From Hyphochytrium catenoides (Eukaryota > Protista > Hyphochytriomycota): 64,000 nucleotides of DNA. The stretch is taken from contig FLMG01003327.1 in NCBI GenBank assembly GCA_900088475.1, positions 4,737 to 68,736 on the forward strand. The letters run 5' to 3'. The first letter of the stretch is position 1, and the number at the start of each line of letters is the position of its first letter. Shown here in pieces: positions 48,504 through 61,200 of this stretch. The notes under the pieces were generated by a model. It worked only from the letters and a program-made list of their open reading frames with translations, did not search any database and had not been told where the DNA came from. A program made the translations under genes and the position numbers.

Positions 48504-50920
48504 ATGGCTCAGCAGGGCATACAGTAAGTGATGGCTTGGACTAAGGGTTTGCTGACGGAATACGGGCAAGAGGAGGAAAAAGAAGTAATCCGCGAAGAAA
48601 GAGAAGAGTTGGGGTCAAACAAATATAGAAGTGAGAGGAGGGACTAAGGCAAAGACGATGGAGCTGACAATAGAAGGCGATATTAGAGACAGAAAGCGAC
48701 AACACAGGGGGCCCATAAATAACCAGAGAAATGAGCTATCGGTGATAGAGCTGATGGGGTCATAGGTCTAACATTACTCTCTCATATCTGATCAACTCTA
48801 TAATAAGGCGGAAGAGGAAATGGGATCAGCCTGGAGTTTTACCGGCAACCTACGCGCAGGTAGCAGCTACCACGGTGATGCTATCTAACAAAGGAGTGCT
48901 GAAGGGAGACGAGCCAGATGTATTCACCATGGATTATGACATCAACAATGTAGGCAACAGGTAAGGGCATCCGCGCGGGCAGAGGAGGACATACCGCCAT
49001 TCCGAAGGCTGCGAAGTAGCCAAACAAGGCTGAACTGACAACAAGAACACCCACAGGGAGAAAGAGAAAAGAGAGAGGGAGGGGAAAAGAGGATGCAGCC
49101 CAGTGAAGAGGAAGGGAATGTGTTGAAACTAAGAGAACAACTTCCCTGTCGCCCTCCGTCCGAGAGCTTATGGCAGCCCACTCTTTCTCATCTTTTCTAC
49201 CCCTCACACCTTTGCTCTTTCCAGGCACATTCTCACGAAACGCGAGACCCACGATCGCATCAAGGAAGAGACAGGTGCCGCCCTTGTGGTGCGCGGCAGG
49301 TAATAGACTTGTGCAGCTGAGAAAGGTCGTCCATAAAGAGACAATAACGAAGGCAAAGTACCCGTCAGGGGTTGAGAGTTAGGAATATTAGCGGTCGCCA
49401 TGGATCCATGTATACTAGCGGAAAAGTTCTAGGTTATGCTGGATGGTGTTGCTGAGAGAGAGGAGGCAAACTTAGAGTTCCCACCTCCTGTTCACACTTC
49501 AATGCCTTTCCCAGGTTCAAGCCTCCTGGAGCTTCGGACCCTGCTCCCTCAGAGCGGCCGCTGTTTCTTCATGTCACAGCCGAAACCCAAGAAGCGTTGA
49601 ATAATGCAGCTACCTTGATAAGGAAGATAACGGAGATGGGCGCAGCAGCCTTTGGTGGTGAGTACTCTCTGCTCTGGGCCCTCTTCCTGCTTCCCTCTTT
49701 AAAACTCTCTGCTCCATGTGGTCCTTGTGCTATAGAATAAAGATGCAATTCTAGTGTCTCAGGCTCTCCTTCGCCCTGCCGCGCTATGTCTGTTGCGTAG
49801 TATCCCTCCCAATTCCCTTTGGAACTCCTTATTCCTTTTCCCACTTTTCTTTACCTAAAAGACTTCCCCAAGTCCTTTCTTGCTATCTTGCATTGCTATA
49901 TCTTAGTGACCGTTGCCTCCTGTATCGTGAAGTGCGTACTGCTGATATCTTCGTGCGCTTCTCACTAAGTAGATCTTTCTTCATTCGCCGCTCTTTGTCG
50001 GGATATCCCTTCTAGGCGGGAATGGAGGACGGATTGCAGCAGCTGAACCTCATAACACCTCGTCTGGCTCCCGATACCCATCCCCTCGCGCTCCCGGCGG
50101 ACGTCAGCAATGCACCATATACATGGGCATAGAGAACGAGCCTGTCTTCAAGCTCAAGCAGCGGCTGGTGGGAACGAAAGGGGCCTATCTGAAGTATATA
50201 ACTATGCTTACAGGAGCGAGAGTGCAAATCAGAGGCTTGACGTCAGGACACTTAGGTAAAACATGAGGTGGATACATCTGAGAGGTTGTTTAGGAGTGAA
50301 TCACGCATAGCAGGACGTGCCTGGCAAGCGTTTCATTTCGATTCTTCTTGGTTAGCAAACTCGTTCCAGATCTGTTTATCTTCTCATCCTTCGTTCTTAA
50401 CCCTGTTAGTTAGAAATCTCCTCTGTGGGTGGCTGCCACTGGTTCTTTGTTGCTCAACTGCCTTTATTGTGCTCAGTGCCATGGAGCTCTGGTCGTGGTG
50501 TTGCCTAGATTACAACTCCGCTTTCGGCTCTTGCGTAGAACCACCTTATAACCAAGAGGCACCAGAGCCTTTGCACCTGCATGTGACTTGCAATTCAGCA
50601 GAGGGTTTCCGAGAAGCTCGTGCGTTAGTGGAGAGCTTGGTCGAGACCGTCCGGCAGGACTATCGAGAATGGCATACAAAGTTTGGCGTCACACCTCCCA
50701 TCCTCCCAGACCTGTACAACCCCCACGGTATGTCTCCCCGCTCTCTTCTCAAGATCCTTTCTCCCTACGGCCTATCTTGCCCGGATTGAGTCTTTCTGCC
50801 ACCTCTGCAGCAATATCTCATCGGGATGGCGCAACTAAGAACAAGATATCTCTGTCCATTATTATAGGCCAGGCTCCTCATTCTGGCCAAGAAGGCCAAC
50901 ATGGCAACTGGCGGCAGTGA
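48504..50920 (+). CDS. KHDC4: KH-domain protein, KHDC4/BLOM7(RIK)-like splicing-associated RNA-binding protein (multi-exon)
   Basis: Spliced QRKRKWDQPG; DYDINNVGNRHILTKRETHDRIKEETGAALVVRGRF...ERPLFLHVTAET; LVGTKGAYLKYITMLTGARVQIRG..SG..EP...QEAPEPLHLHVT. These form two KH-like domains in the KHDC4 arrangement. Confidence 0.85.
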
Positions 50921-51262
50921 AGATTCTATCGTTTGACGGCTTTTCTGTTGGCGGGTTCTAAACATTCCTCCTCGTTTCCTCTGCCCGCTTTACAAGCTCG
51001 TTCGCTCGTTCCCATCTCAGCCACTTGCCACCTCTTGCAAGAGATATCTCAGGGGACGGAAAGATGGCAAGAATATCTTCCCCTGATAAATAGATTGGAG
51101 GCCCCGAGAGGAAGTGAAAGCTTAGAAGTAGGAACGAGCCCTCAGTTCAGCCTCAGGATCGCTTGGCTGCCAAGATGGGAAGAGACAGTAGTACAATAGT
51201 GGAGGTGGAAGCGGCTACTCCCGTGGTAAGGGATAACCAGATTATGTAGATAAAAGCGCAAC

Positions 51263-52970
51263 TTATATTTTAGAAGCCGCCCACAAGGCCAGCTTATAGC
51301 CGTACTTCACCGTCGATTGAAGGGATCCTGGAAGGGACTGCTTGAGGCCCTACTCAGATAAAGATCATGATTGAGAGCGCCAGAGGAACGGCGGTCAATG
51401 GGGCGGTAGGGACGAGGGAGACTGAAAAGATAACCTAGCAATAAAGTCTCGCCACTTACCTCTCCTTCTGCCTGCTCGGTGATGGACTGCAGATCCATAC
51501 CGACCTCCTTATCTCGGTGGGCTTTGAACATCTAAAAGTCGGTTGAAAGACGGGAAAAAAGCAATGAGCACTTTGCTAGACGAGCCCGTTCTCACCTCTC
51601 TTTCCTCAAGATCGCACCTTCCTCTGCGGAGGCCCTTCCTCTTTGAAAGCTTGGCAGCGAGATCTCTATTTCCGACTCACCTCTTTCAGTTCCTGCTCCT
51701 CTCCGTATTGGCTGTGTATCTCTCTGATTTGGTCGTTGTAGTACTCGCTTACTGCGCTTCTAACACCAGCTTCCACCGCCTGTGTCACCTGTGGACCCAG
51801 TAAACCTGAAACGCTACCTGCGCATTGAAGTTGGACGACAGTGAGACCCAGCATTTACAGAAGTAGAGACAGAGAAAGACACTTTGGCAGCTGACGCCGC
51901 CACCACCTGTGCAAGACAGGTAGAGCCAATTGTTCTTGACTATTGCCCAATACTCTCCGCTCCCTTATCTCGTCGTCTCTTTCCTCTCTTGATTAAAGAG
52001 CTAGTATTGATTCCCCTCTCACCTAGCACTGCGGTTCCTGCCTCTAATACCGGTAGAAGAGCGGAGGGTCGTACTCCTCGATCCCTAAGGACATCCTCGA
52101 TTCTATCCAGGTACAAAGGAGACCCAGAGCTAGGCTGTGTGAAGAGTTCAGTCACGAGAGTAGGAGGGTACACCATTTAGCAAGAGAGACAACATAGAAA
52201 AAGCTTCAGAGGTAAACGGAACAGTCAGACTGTGGAGGCAATCGAGCCATTGATGGGAGCACACCTGAGCTACCTCTGGAATTGTACCGAGGTAATCTGT
52301 CTTGCCCTGATAGGTGCAGACGACGTGTGTAAGAGAGCGAACGCTGAAGACGAGGACGAGCATAGGGAAGTGAACCCGAAGAGCAGGCAAAGAGAAGAGA
52401 GCAAAGGTAAGGCATAGAGCAGAGATTTAGCCAGGTTCCACTCAATCTAAGAAGGGCAGGCTGCCACCAAACTTAGTCATAATAACCTAGAGTCTACTGG
52501 TGCCCTTCCGCTGAGGCCAAAGGATGCAGTTTACCTGAGCTTCTGCTGCTTGAAGAGTGAGGACCTCCGCCGCGTGTGAGGAGCGGATCATCTCTTCCAG
52601 CTCCTCTCTCCTTGCTCTCTTCTGGCGGAGTTCCTGTATCGAATCCACCACCACCTCCGGAGCAAGGCGCTCAGATTCCGTTTGCTGGGTTTGCTTGCTC
52701 TGCTGCAGAGAGGTAGGGAGAGGAGGTTGGTCCCAACAAGTGACAGATGAGCCAAAGGCCATTCCAAACAGAGAGAAGTGAGACTGGAGCTTAACGTTAA
52801 ACGACAGAATGTAGCGCGTGAGAACCTGTTTCCGCCTTTCTACCTACATTTGGCCTAACTATCTTTCGCATCGGATTCTCATCCTGAGCACCTGTCCACC
52901 CAAGGGACCGAAAGCCCCTTCGTGCAGGAGTTAAAGACCCAAATAACCGAGAACTTCTTCTAGATAACAT
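51263..52970 (-). CDS. COQ7 (demethoxyubiquinone hydroxylase, ferritin-like fold) homologue with a degenerate di-iron site (7 exons: 52970-52848, 52702-52535, 52306-52265, 52134-52023, 51817-51681, 51531-51460, 51349-51263; 246 aa)
   Basis: Colinear with COQ7: MIRSSHAAEV..AAEAQ (IIRVDHAGEY..YAGQ), GVRPSALLP (RVRPTVLMP), LGSVSGLLG (LGAGTALLG), EYYNDQIRE (HYNNQIRT), HRDKE (FRDEE), VKYGYKLALWAASKI* (IQAGCRVAIYLSERL*). Presequence MLSRRSSRLFGSLTPARRGFRSL. Confidence 0.82.
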
Positions 52971-53583
52971 TGTATATAAAGACCAGCCGCCGAGGACTGC
53001 CTTATACTCTCACGGAGCTCAAACGGCAGCTCTGGAGAACTCTGAGACCTATACCTCAGCCCCTCAATCGCTGCCAGAGACGCAATGATATCGGGAAAGC
53101 ATACGCAGATTCTTCAGAAGAGATGAGAACCGAAAATGGACGTTAGCGGCCATTAAATCAGCCTAGCCGTTACCCAAACAGGGTAAGCCTGCAATGGGAA
53201 GGGAAAGTAGCCGTTGGCGCAGGTTGGTCGTTAGGAAGAGCGGGCTGCTGAGAGAGTAACAATGTTTCCTAGTTGGACCAAACGTCAGAGTGAACCTGTG
53301 AGGTTGGTGACAGTGCGTCTCTCCTCCAGAGTGGTAGGAGCTGAGACAGATGCTCCACCGAGTAGATGTGTAAGGTGTGCGAGTAGATAGGCGCGAGTAA
53401 GGTGTTCGTCGTCCTCCCTTGCCGCTTGTGGTCTGCCTTTGGCTATTAAGTGTGTTGGGATTCCGAGGTGGCTCCAGACCTGACGCATCACAGCCCCCCG
53501 AGACTAGAACATCGCGAAGCGGGGGGCAGTAAGGTGACAGCACCACCACTGAGTACTCCAGGGCCTCAGAATAGAGTTCAGCA

Positions 53584-54703
53584 ATGGCTCAGTGTCCTCA
53601 ATGCTGGACAGGGACATGTACACGGCACCGCAACCAGGACAGCGGCAGAGGGCTGCAGCAGAAGGTCCAGTCAACCGTCAAGAACCCAGCAGAGACCCTG
53701 AAAAAGATGTATGACCAGCTAGTAGCACCTCAGCTCGCCAAGCTAGAGAAATTGGAGCAGGCTGCCAAGTCGGAGGCACAGAACGAAGAGGGACATGAGG
53801 TGTACAAGAAGGTAGGGAACGCCTGTGACACTGACTGCATTCAGACGGTCAGATTAGTAAAGGCTAATGCCACTTACGTTCTGTTTTATCATTGTACAGA
53901 AAATAGACAAAGAGAGAAAGAAAATTCAAGAGAAAGGGCTTTCGAAGCGCAAGATGTCCTCAAAGGAGCTCAAGCTACTTCAGTCCGGTCTGAATGCACA
54001 GAGTGTCTCCATGCTAGCTCAAGATGACACGGACAGTGAGGGCGACCGTCGGAAGAGGAAAAAGTAGGGTCTTACTTGATTCCTGTCCCTACCTGGTTTG
54101 CTCTCTCTCTTATCTGTAGACCAGCTTTGTCTCAAATCTCTGTCCTATCTACTGGCTTTAGATTTTTAAGGTGCCTCAGTGCGGCGGCATCTGCTCATCC
54201 TATCTTCCTTTTCCCGTTCGTTCATTCTCGAAAACACCCTCCTCATCCCTCTTAAAAGCTCTTCGCTCTCGTGCTTTCTAGCAATTCACCGTACTGATGG
54301 TAACCACATTCGCAGGAAGAAAGAGTCTTCAAGATCTAAGAAGGATTCCAAGAAAAAGAAGAGCAAGGAAGAACGAAAGAAGAAGTCGAAAAGAAAGAAA
54401 CGCAGTCGGGCCGACGAGTCAGAGGAGGATAGTTCCAGTTCTTCTGACTCTGAAGGAAGCACTACTGACGGTTCCTCAAACGAGAAGCGGCAGAGGTCGC
54501 GCAAAAAGGAACGAGAACGAAGTCCCCCATTCAAACGAGCTAGAGATAGAAGTAGAAGTCGAGATAGAGGCCGAAGTGATAGCAGGGAGAGGACAAGTCG
54601 ACGAAGTAGAAGCCGAGATAGAGACAGAGGTCGAGACCAGCGTAGCGAAAGCAGAGAGAGAAGAGTCAGACGAAGTAGAAGTCGTGACCGAAGCCGCAGT
54701 TGA
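53584..54703 (+). CDS. SR/RS-rich nuclear protein with an N-terminal CxxCx4CxxH motif (exons 53584-53811, 53900-54063, 54316-54703; 259 aa)
   Basis: MAQCPQCWTGTCTRH, then a coiled coil, a Lys-rich NLS-like block and a C-terminal RSRSRDR repeat tail. Junctions are GT-AG and in frame. Confidence 0.75.
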
Positions 54704-55825
54704 AAGTAGACAGGAAGGGCAAGTGCTTGGCGAGGTGATCGGCTTTTATTGATGAGCTGGAAGGACTTATTATATGGTATCCATAAACGCCCTCCAGAAC
54801 CTCTATCAGGCCTCTCTATCGCCAAGAAACACAACTTCCTTCTAGAAGAAGCCGAGTAGAACACACCCACCGCTGTCTACGTTGCGAAGCAGGATGCCCA
54901 GAAAGTATGGACAGTCACGTCGCCGAACTCTCCAACACCATGCTTGAAGAGGTAGACATCATGGCAAACCACGCGCCGTCGTATAACCTCTACACTTGAT
55001 CAGCAGCAGCTTACCACCAACGTACGAAGCAGCGGCCAAACGTCTGCAAGAACTTTCATACCTCGCGCTTTATACCTTGAGCTCCGCCTGACATTATGGT
55101 ACAGGAAACTCTATCATGAAGATCCAAGAATCAACAGAGGCACTTCCCCCACAGTTCGCCTATGGACGTTACCGGCCTTCTGTGTGAAAGTTCCTGAGAT
55201 ATTTGAATTTTAGCATCTTGATTATTTCTTTGGGCGGTGCTGAGGTTGCAAAGTGGGTTGTGCTTTCAAAAAGTTTTTCGGTCACAGTGACCTGTCTCTC
55301 CTGCCCCGTCTGCCATATTATTACTTTCTGATCCTATTCGTAAGAGGAGTAATAGTGGTACATCATTGTGTATACTACTAAATCCATCACCAGGTCCAGC
55401 AGGCAGCACTTTGTCCGCTCAGTTCGCGGGCCGTCATTGGGTCATTGCCAAGGCGAAGGCACTCGCCATCATCTCATACTTTCGCTGGTCTTGATGTCGG
55501 TCTGCGGGACCAATAGCGGCATGTGAAGTCACAGAGACTCGTCTTTACGAATGCTTAGAGAGATAGGGGCCAGAGCGTGCATAAACAGCTACATCCCGCT
55601 TTTTCTCATGGTCGTTCGATCTTCCCATTCAGGCCCAGTGAAGACGCTTATAGTGCAGTAACAGTGCTAGCGTATTCTCGTCTGGAGGACGCTGGAAGCG
55701 GTGGCATAACAGTTTCTCATGCCCTTCTCGACGAGGCCTCCTGCTCGATCTCATTGATGGAAATCTGGATGGGGACCGAAGCGCAACTCCAGATCAAGGT
55801 CGACAGCTAATAGCTCTCAAGCAAG

Positions 55826-57048
55826 ATGATCATCCCAAAGTGTCCCATAATGACAGCGAAGAGCTTGAGTTTGATAAGTGCTGGCGCTGCGCCCCGTCTC
55901 CTCGGTGCAGCGCGTAACTTATTCAAGGAGTCCGCTGCGATTTTAGCTAGGAAGAAGCACACTCTAGTTCTTATCCGACATGGTGAAAGTGTTTACAATG
56001 ATCAGAAGCGATTTACTGGCTGGGACGATGTGCCCTTGAGTCCCAAAGGTAGCGTCACATTTACGGAGTCAACTTGCGCCGGGATGAGTTCTCACATTTT
56101 ACGCTCTTTGCTCTAGGTCATAGAGAGGCAGAAGCTGGGGCCAAAGCCTTGGCAAAACTAAATTTCAAGTTTGATGTGTGCTACACGTCACTTCTTTCTC
56201 GGGCTCAGACTACGCTATGGTATATCTTGCTTGAAACTGGGCAGCTCTCAGTGCCTGTGAAGACCTCTTTCAGACTGAATGAGAGGCACTATGGAGCTCT
56301 AACTGGGCAAAAGAAGGCGGATGCGGCGAAAGAATACGGTGAAGAGACAGTGCTGCAATGGCGTCGGGCTTACTCGGTCTGTCCACCTCTAATGGAAGAA
56401 TCTGACCCAAAATGGAGCGGTAATGACAGCAGGTAGAGCCAGACACTCATTCTTTAATTGTCTCTTTGGACGTCGTTTCCCATTTTGGGAGCTTTTTGAC
56501 CCGATCTCTCCTTCAACGATCATTTGGTTCGTAGGTATAGACAGTTGGTGCCCCCAGGAGAATTCCCCAAAGGAGAATCGCTAGAAATGGCGGGTCGCCG
56601 TCTTCTTCCTCTCTGGGTTGAGGAGGTTTCAGAGGACCTAAAAGATGGGAAGACTGTGTTGGTCTCTGCGCATAACAATATTCTGAGGGCCCTTATCGTG
56701 CTCCTAGAGGGAGCTTCACCAGAGGATATTTTCCAGATTAAGTTGCCCACGGCAGTCCCGCTAGTGTATCATCTTGATGAAGCCCTCTCTCCTCTCAACC
56801 AAAAGGATGAAGTCACCGGACTGAGAGCAAGCTTTCTTTGGCCGTCGGATACAAAGGACGTGAACCAATTATATGAACCTCGTCACCAGCTGATGTCTGC
56901 GGACTTCAACCATAAGGAAGTAGCGTTTGTTCCTTTAAGGACGTGGGCTCCTTGGCAGCCACGGAGTGCCACAAGGAAGAGTGTTTCCTCCAGAGATCTC
57001 TCGACTCAGCTTGGCATCGGCGCCAGTTTTCCCAATAGGGTTTCATAG
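55826..57048 (+). CDS. gpmA: 2,3-BPG-dependent phosphoglycerate mutase (dPGM) with an N-terminal mitochondrial-type extension (exons to 56048, 56117-56432, 56535-57048; start 55826 or 55850)
   Basis: [86 protein letters not shown]. Confidence 0.93.
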
Positions 57049-58205
57049 CGACTGTCGCAGAGCATAGTGGTTCATGGTTCCCGCATCCAGTCCGCTTTAC
57101 TCCCTTGGGGAACCACCCTCGCTTCAATCTTTCTATCTATTCCAGAAGGCGTGTGCCTCATTATTTATCGTACCTATTAGATTGTATGCTTGTAATGTAA
57201 AATGAGCATGGACGAAGCATCGCCTTGCGTTCCTTAAGTGTCTGATTGCGTGTCATAATAAGCCCGACAGCTTTCAAGCTAGATGGCAGCAAAGTTATGT
57301 CCTCAGTCGCCTCGAACATAACTTTTGGAGTAGCGGATGGCTTCTAATAAGTCCCCATAGCCTTTCTATTTACAAAGTGCCCAGAGAAGAAGCTAGATAC
57401 TGCATACCGCAGGTGAAATGAATGGTGGCTAGGGTGGAGGAGTCACTTCACTACTTCGCAGCGGAGGAAGCGCAACAGGATACGGTGCGGAATGGTCGTC
57501 AGCCAATCGAGTCCCTGATGGGTCGTCACTCCTTCGCTGCGCTGTCGCTGGAGGAGCCCTCACAGCACCCGATGGCTACGACGTACTGTACATTCTTTGG
57601 CGGTTCCTATGCAGCGGCTCCAGCAATGAGCTCACTGGCTCTGGACTTCAAAAACTTCAGGTGCCAGTCTCGGGATTATCTTTTTGAAACTTCCCGCATC
57701 AACGGCTCTTATTAGTCCGTTAGCAGCCCTGAGAGCCAGACCACCATCTCGGTAGCCGGCCGCTAACGGTTAGCATCTCCCTTGTGTTGTCATAGATTTA
57801 CTATGGAAAGAGCGACGGAGTTACAAAGGCGACTTTCTGACGTTACTGCACAAATTTCTACCATTTTTTGTCAGAATCTAGAATCCATCTGTGTCTTCGG
57901 AATTCTGATCTTCAGAATTGAGCTTTCGGTCTTAGTCTGAAAAAGCTTAGAGACAGATCATCGGACGTGGAAAGATCCTTTCAGACGTGAAGAATCTTTT
58001 ATGAAGATGTGCAACGGACATGGCAGTGGTGGTGGGCAGGGGAGTGGTAGTGTCAGGAGTTGAGGCAAGCCTCGTGTGCTATGATTTGATGCGCCGCTAG
58101 CTTCACTTATTGACGGCGTTCACCAAGAAGTATGTCCCAGACGAACAGACGAGATTGAGGGCAGCCGGATTAAGGTTGAGGAAGAACCGGAAGAGCTGCC
58201 CTCAG

Positions 58206-61200
58206 ATGGAAAACGCGTCTCCGCCTCTACTGCCATTTACGAGCTGTGCTGCCATAACATCACCTCCAGCTATGGAAGCCAAGAAGACGTCGCCACCTCC
58301 GGTAGAAAAGCGCGTCAAGAATGGTCAGATCTATTCCTGTTGCACTATCCTTCAGCGTTCCGGCCACTCACCGAATGACGTAATCTCCTGTAGGCTTCCT
58401 AACTTTCAGCACGGATACAGGGGTTGGCGCAAAACAGCTGCAGAATAAGTGTCACACTGTCAGGGCCAGAGCCAATGCCTTTGCGGAGCGCTTGATCTCT
58501 ACATTTTTGACGGGAGATAATGAGATTAACAGAGCTGGTGGCGACGGATGGGAACTATGGCAGGTAGTGAAAATGCGTCTTTTGACCGTTCACATTCCTT
58601 CTGCCGAGCACTAGACCTGTATGGGAGCTGGAAATGCGAAGTCCATGTTGTTTGAGACACTGTCGGTCTTCTCACTGCGCTCTGACTGGCACTTCTTCCG
58701 CAACTGACCTATCTTACAGTCCACTTCAGAGCTGGCAGTGTTCAGAAGGAAGCCTAGAGACGTTGCAAGGGCTCCTCTTGCTCCCAATCTTTATGAGATT
58801 GCTTTGGTGCTTGACATAAAAGAGACGGTGGATTCATACTGCGAGAGTCGAGCAACCATACCTTGCCTACATTCAGATCCCTTTGGCCTGTTGACAGGAA
58901 GGGGATCCGCCTGTCTCCTCTCCTGTTACAGCAGGAATGAAGAAACGGGGTTTAATGGCTTCATAGGCATAAAGAAAGCATTCATTCCGGAGGTGGAGGT
59001 GGCATCAGGTCTCTTCCAACAGCGATCCGTCTCCTATCTTGAGGTAAGCCCTTCCACCCCAACCGCAGCACTATATCCTAACGTGAAGGCATTGTGTCTT
59101 TCTTTTCTGGACTTCGGGATTTCCGTTAACACTTTCTCGGCTCTAGTATGTGGACATTTCTTTGCACAAGTCTCAGCAGATCGGTGTGCATTTTTTTGAG
59201 TCGGTGATAAGGGAGAAGGCCCGTGGCGAAGGGAAGGCTGGTTTGGCTGATTTATATGGCAGTGGCTGTGTACTTATCCCTCAAAAGTTAGGATCCAAGG
59301 TAAAGAGAGCTTCTATTCTTCGTCAGTCTCCTTCTTTTCTTTTGAAACCTTGACAAACTCCATCTTCTTCCCTCTGTTACCCATTTTCCTTATTATTAGG
59401 ATATAGAGTGACTAGGGTGCTTACTCACGTCCTGGTAGGCCATTCTATCGCTTTCTTTGGACATGAGGGGCCACTATCCCCTCTGGTTGGCCCATCACAC
59501 GTGCTATACACAGTTCTTGAAACAGGGCATTATAACCTCTATGTCAAAGGTATCCCCAACTGTCACTTCTAACTGCTATAACTGGCGTCCACTTATCCTG
59601 TATCGCGGCCCAACCTAACGGCACTGGTCTGACTTACAACCTTTTTGCTATCCAACGATATAAGAAGGAGAATGGGTCGACACGTAAGCGGCGTGGCATC
59701 AAAAAGCTGTCGAGGGTCTCTCTTAACTGGCTTTTCAACAGACTTCAGACGCCAGGTATCAGTTTTGCCGTAGACTCCAGCTCAACTTTTCTTTCTGAGT
59801 GCTCCTCAATCCAATCAAGATCGAATCGGGAGCCATCGCTTTCTTCTGCCTCTTTGTGGTGCTGACGAGCGGCCTAACTCACACAAGGGCAGGCGGAATC
59901 ATTTTAATAGATGCAAGACACACGGAGGATTTCGAATGCAATAGTGTGCAAGGAGCAATCAGTGTACCACCAGTTCAGGACGCCTTCGATCTTGATGATG
60001 TAGCGTCATCCTTGAGCACAGAAAGTTTGAAGTCTTTCTTTCAGAGGAGAAAGTTACAAGAGGTAGGCCTGGACACTAGCGTTTTGTCAAGGGTTTCTTT
60101 ATAGTGATGAGGTCAACTTCCACTGCTCTGGTGAATGTTGCTTTGTGTCTTCATATTTACAGTTAGTTCTGCCTGACGCGTTTCGATGAAAGGTCATGGT
60201 CTGCAGTGACCTGCCCGATCTCTGCGCTGAGGATAAAGTGCCGGGTTGGGCAGATGCAGCTCGATTGCCTTGGCCTCATAGCCTTGCCCTTATGTTTTTG
60301 GCCGAGGGACAAGTCTCTGCTGTGAGATACCTAGCAGGTATTAGAATGCTTACTCTACGAAACAAGAAACTCAATAACAGGACAAGTAAAGCTGACTGAC
60401 AGTTGTTTTTGCCTGGCTGTAGATACCTTTACCGCGTTTGCCGCCAGATACCCCTTTATGTGCACGAGGCTAGTTGAAGAACAGGCCACCGTGCAGACCG
60501 AAGGTGAAGTGACGGAACAAGGAGAAAGCCCAGCTGATCAAGCGCGGGTTGCATTCCGCATGAACCGTACTAGCAGTGGATTACATATCGTTCCATATCC
60601 TAACGAGATCATCGAAGGGTTTCTCTATCTAGGGAACATGTGGCAGGTATGGCAGCATCAATGATTCACTTGCCTAGCGCCCTCTATTTTAGCTCCCCTC
60701 CACCCGAAAGCAACTGCTGGCCTCTCTATCCGTTGCTAGCGTGGACGCTTCCTTTCAACTCTGTCTTATTTACTTCCATGAGACAGTAGAAATAGATTGT
60801 CCTTTCCTGCTGCAGGCAACACAGCGTGATATTATCAGATCTTTAGAGATCACGCATATAGTGAATGCCAGTCAAGACGTGGAAAACAAGTTTGAAAAGG
60901 AAGGAGTTCAGTACATGAAGGTATCCCGTTGTCCTTCTCGCCCCGTCGGGTCGACCTTCCAGGCGCAAAACTAAGGCTGTCGTTGCCTACTCTTTTTTGG
61001 CCAGGTTGACATCCCGGATAACGTAGAGGCCTCCATCAAACACCATTTTGATGCCACACATAGATTCCTGGGTAGGCAATACAGTCATTCTTAGTATCAA
61101 GACCTTTGGTCGAGACAGTGGACGAGGTTTACCTTGCTTTTGTCCACCTACGTGGTTGTGTTTCTACCACTCTCATTCTTATAACCTAACCTTATTACTT

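Noticed and set aside
54286-54870. 194-aa minus-strand and 151-aa alternative-frame ORFs
   Set aside because: Shadows of the low-complexity RS-rich exon.
47950-57920. TCTYCAGAA as a promoter motif (47958, 53111, 57909)
   Set aside because: It also occurs inside exons and introns (e.g. ~6048, ~12906), so enrichment cannot be supported by eye.
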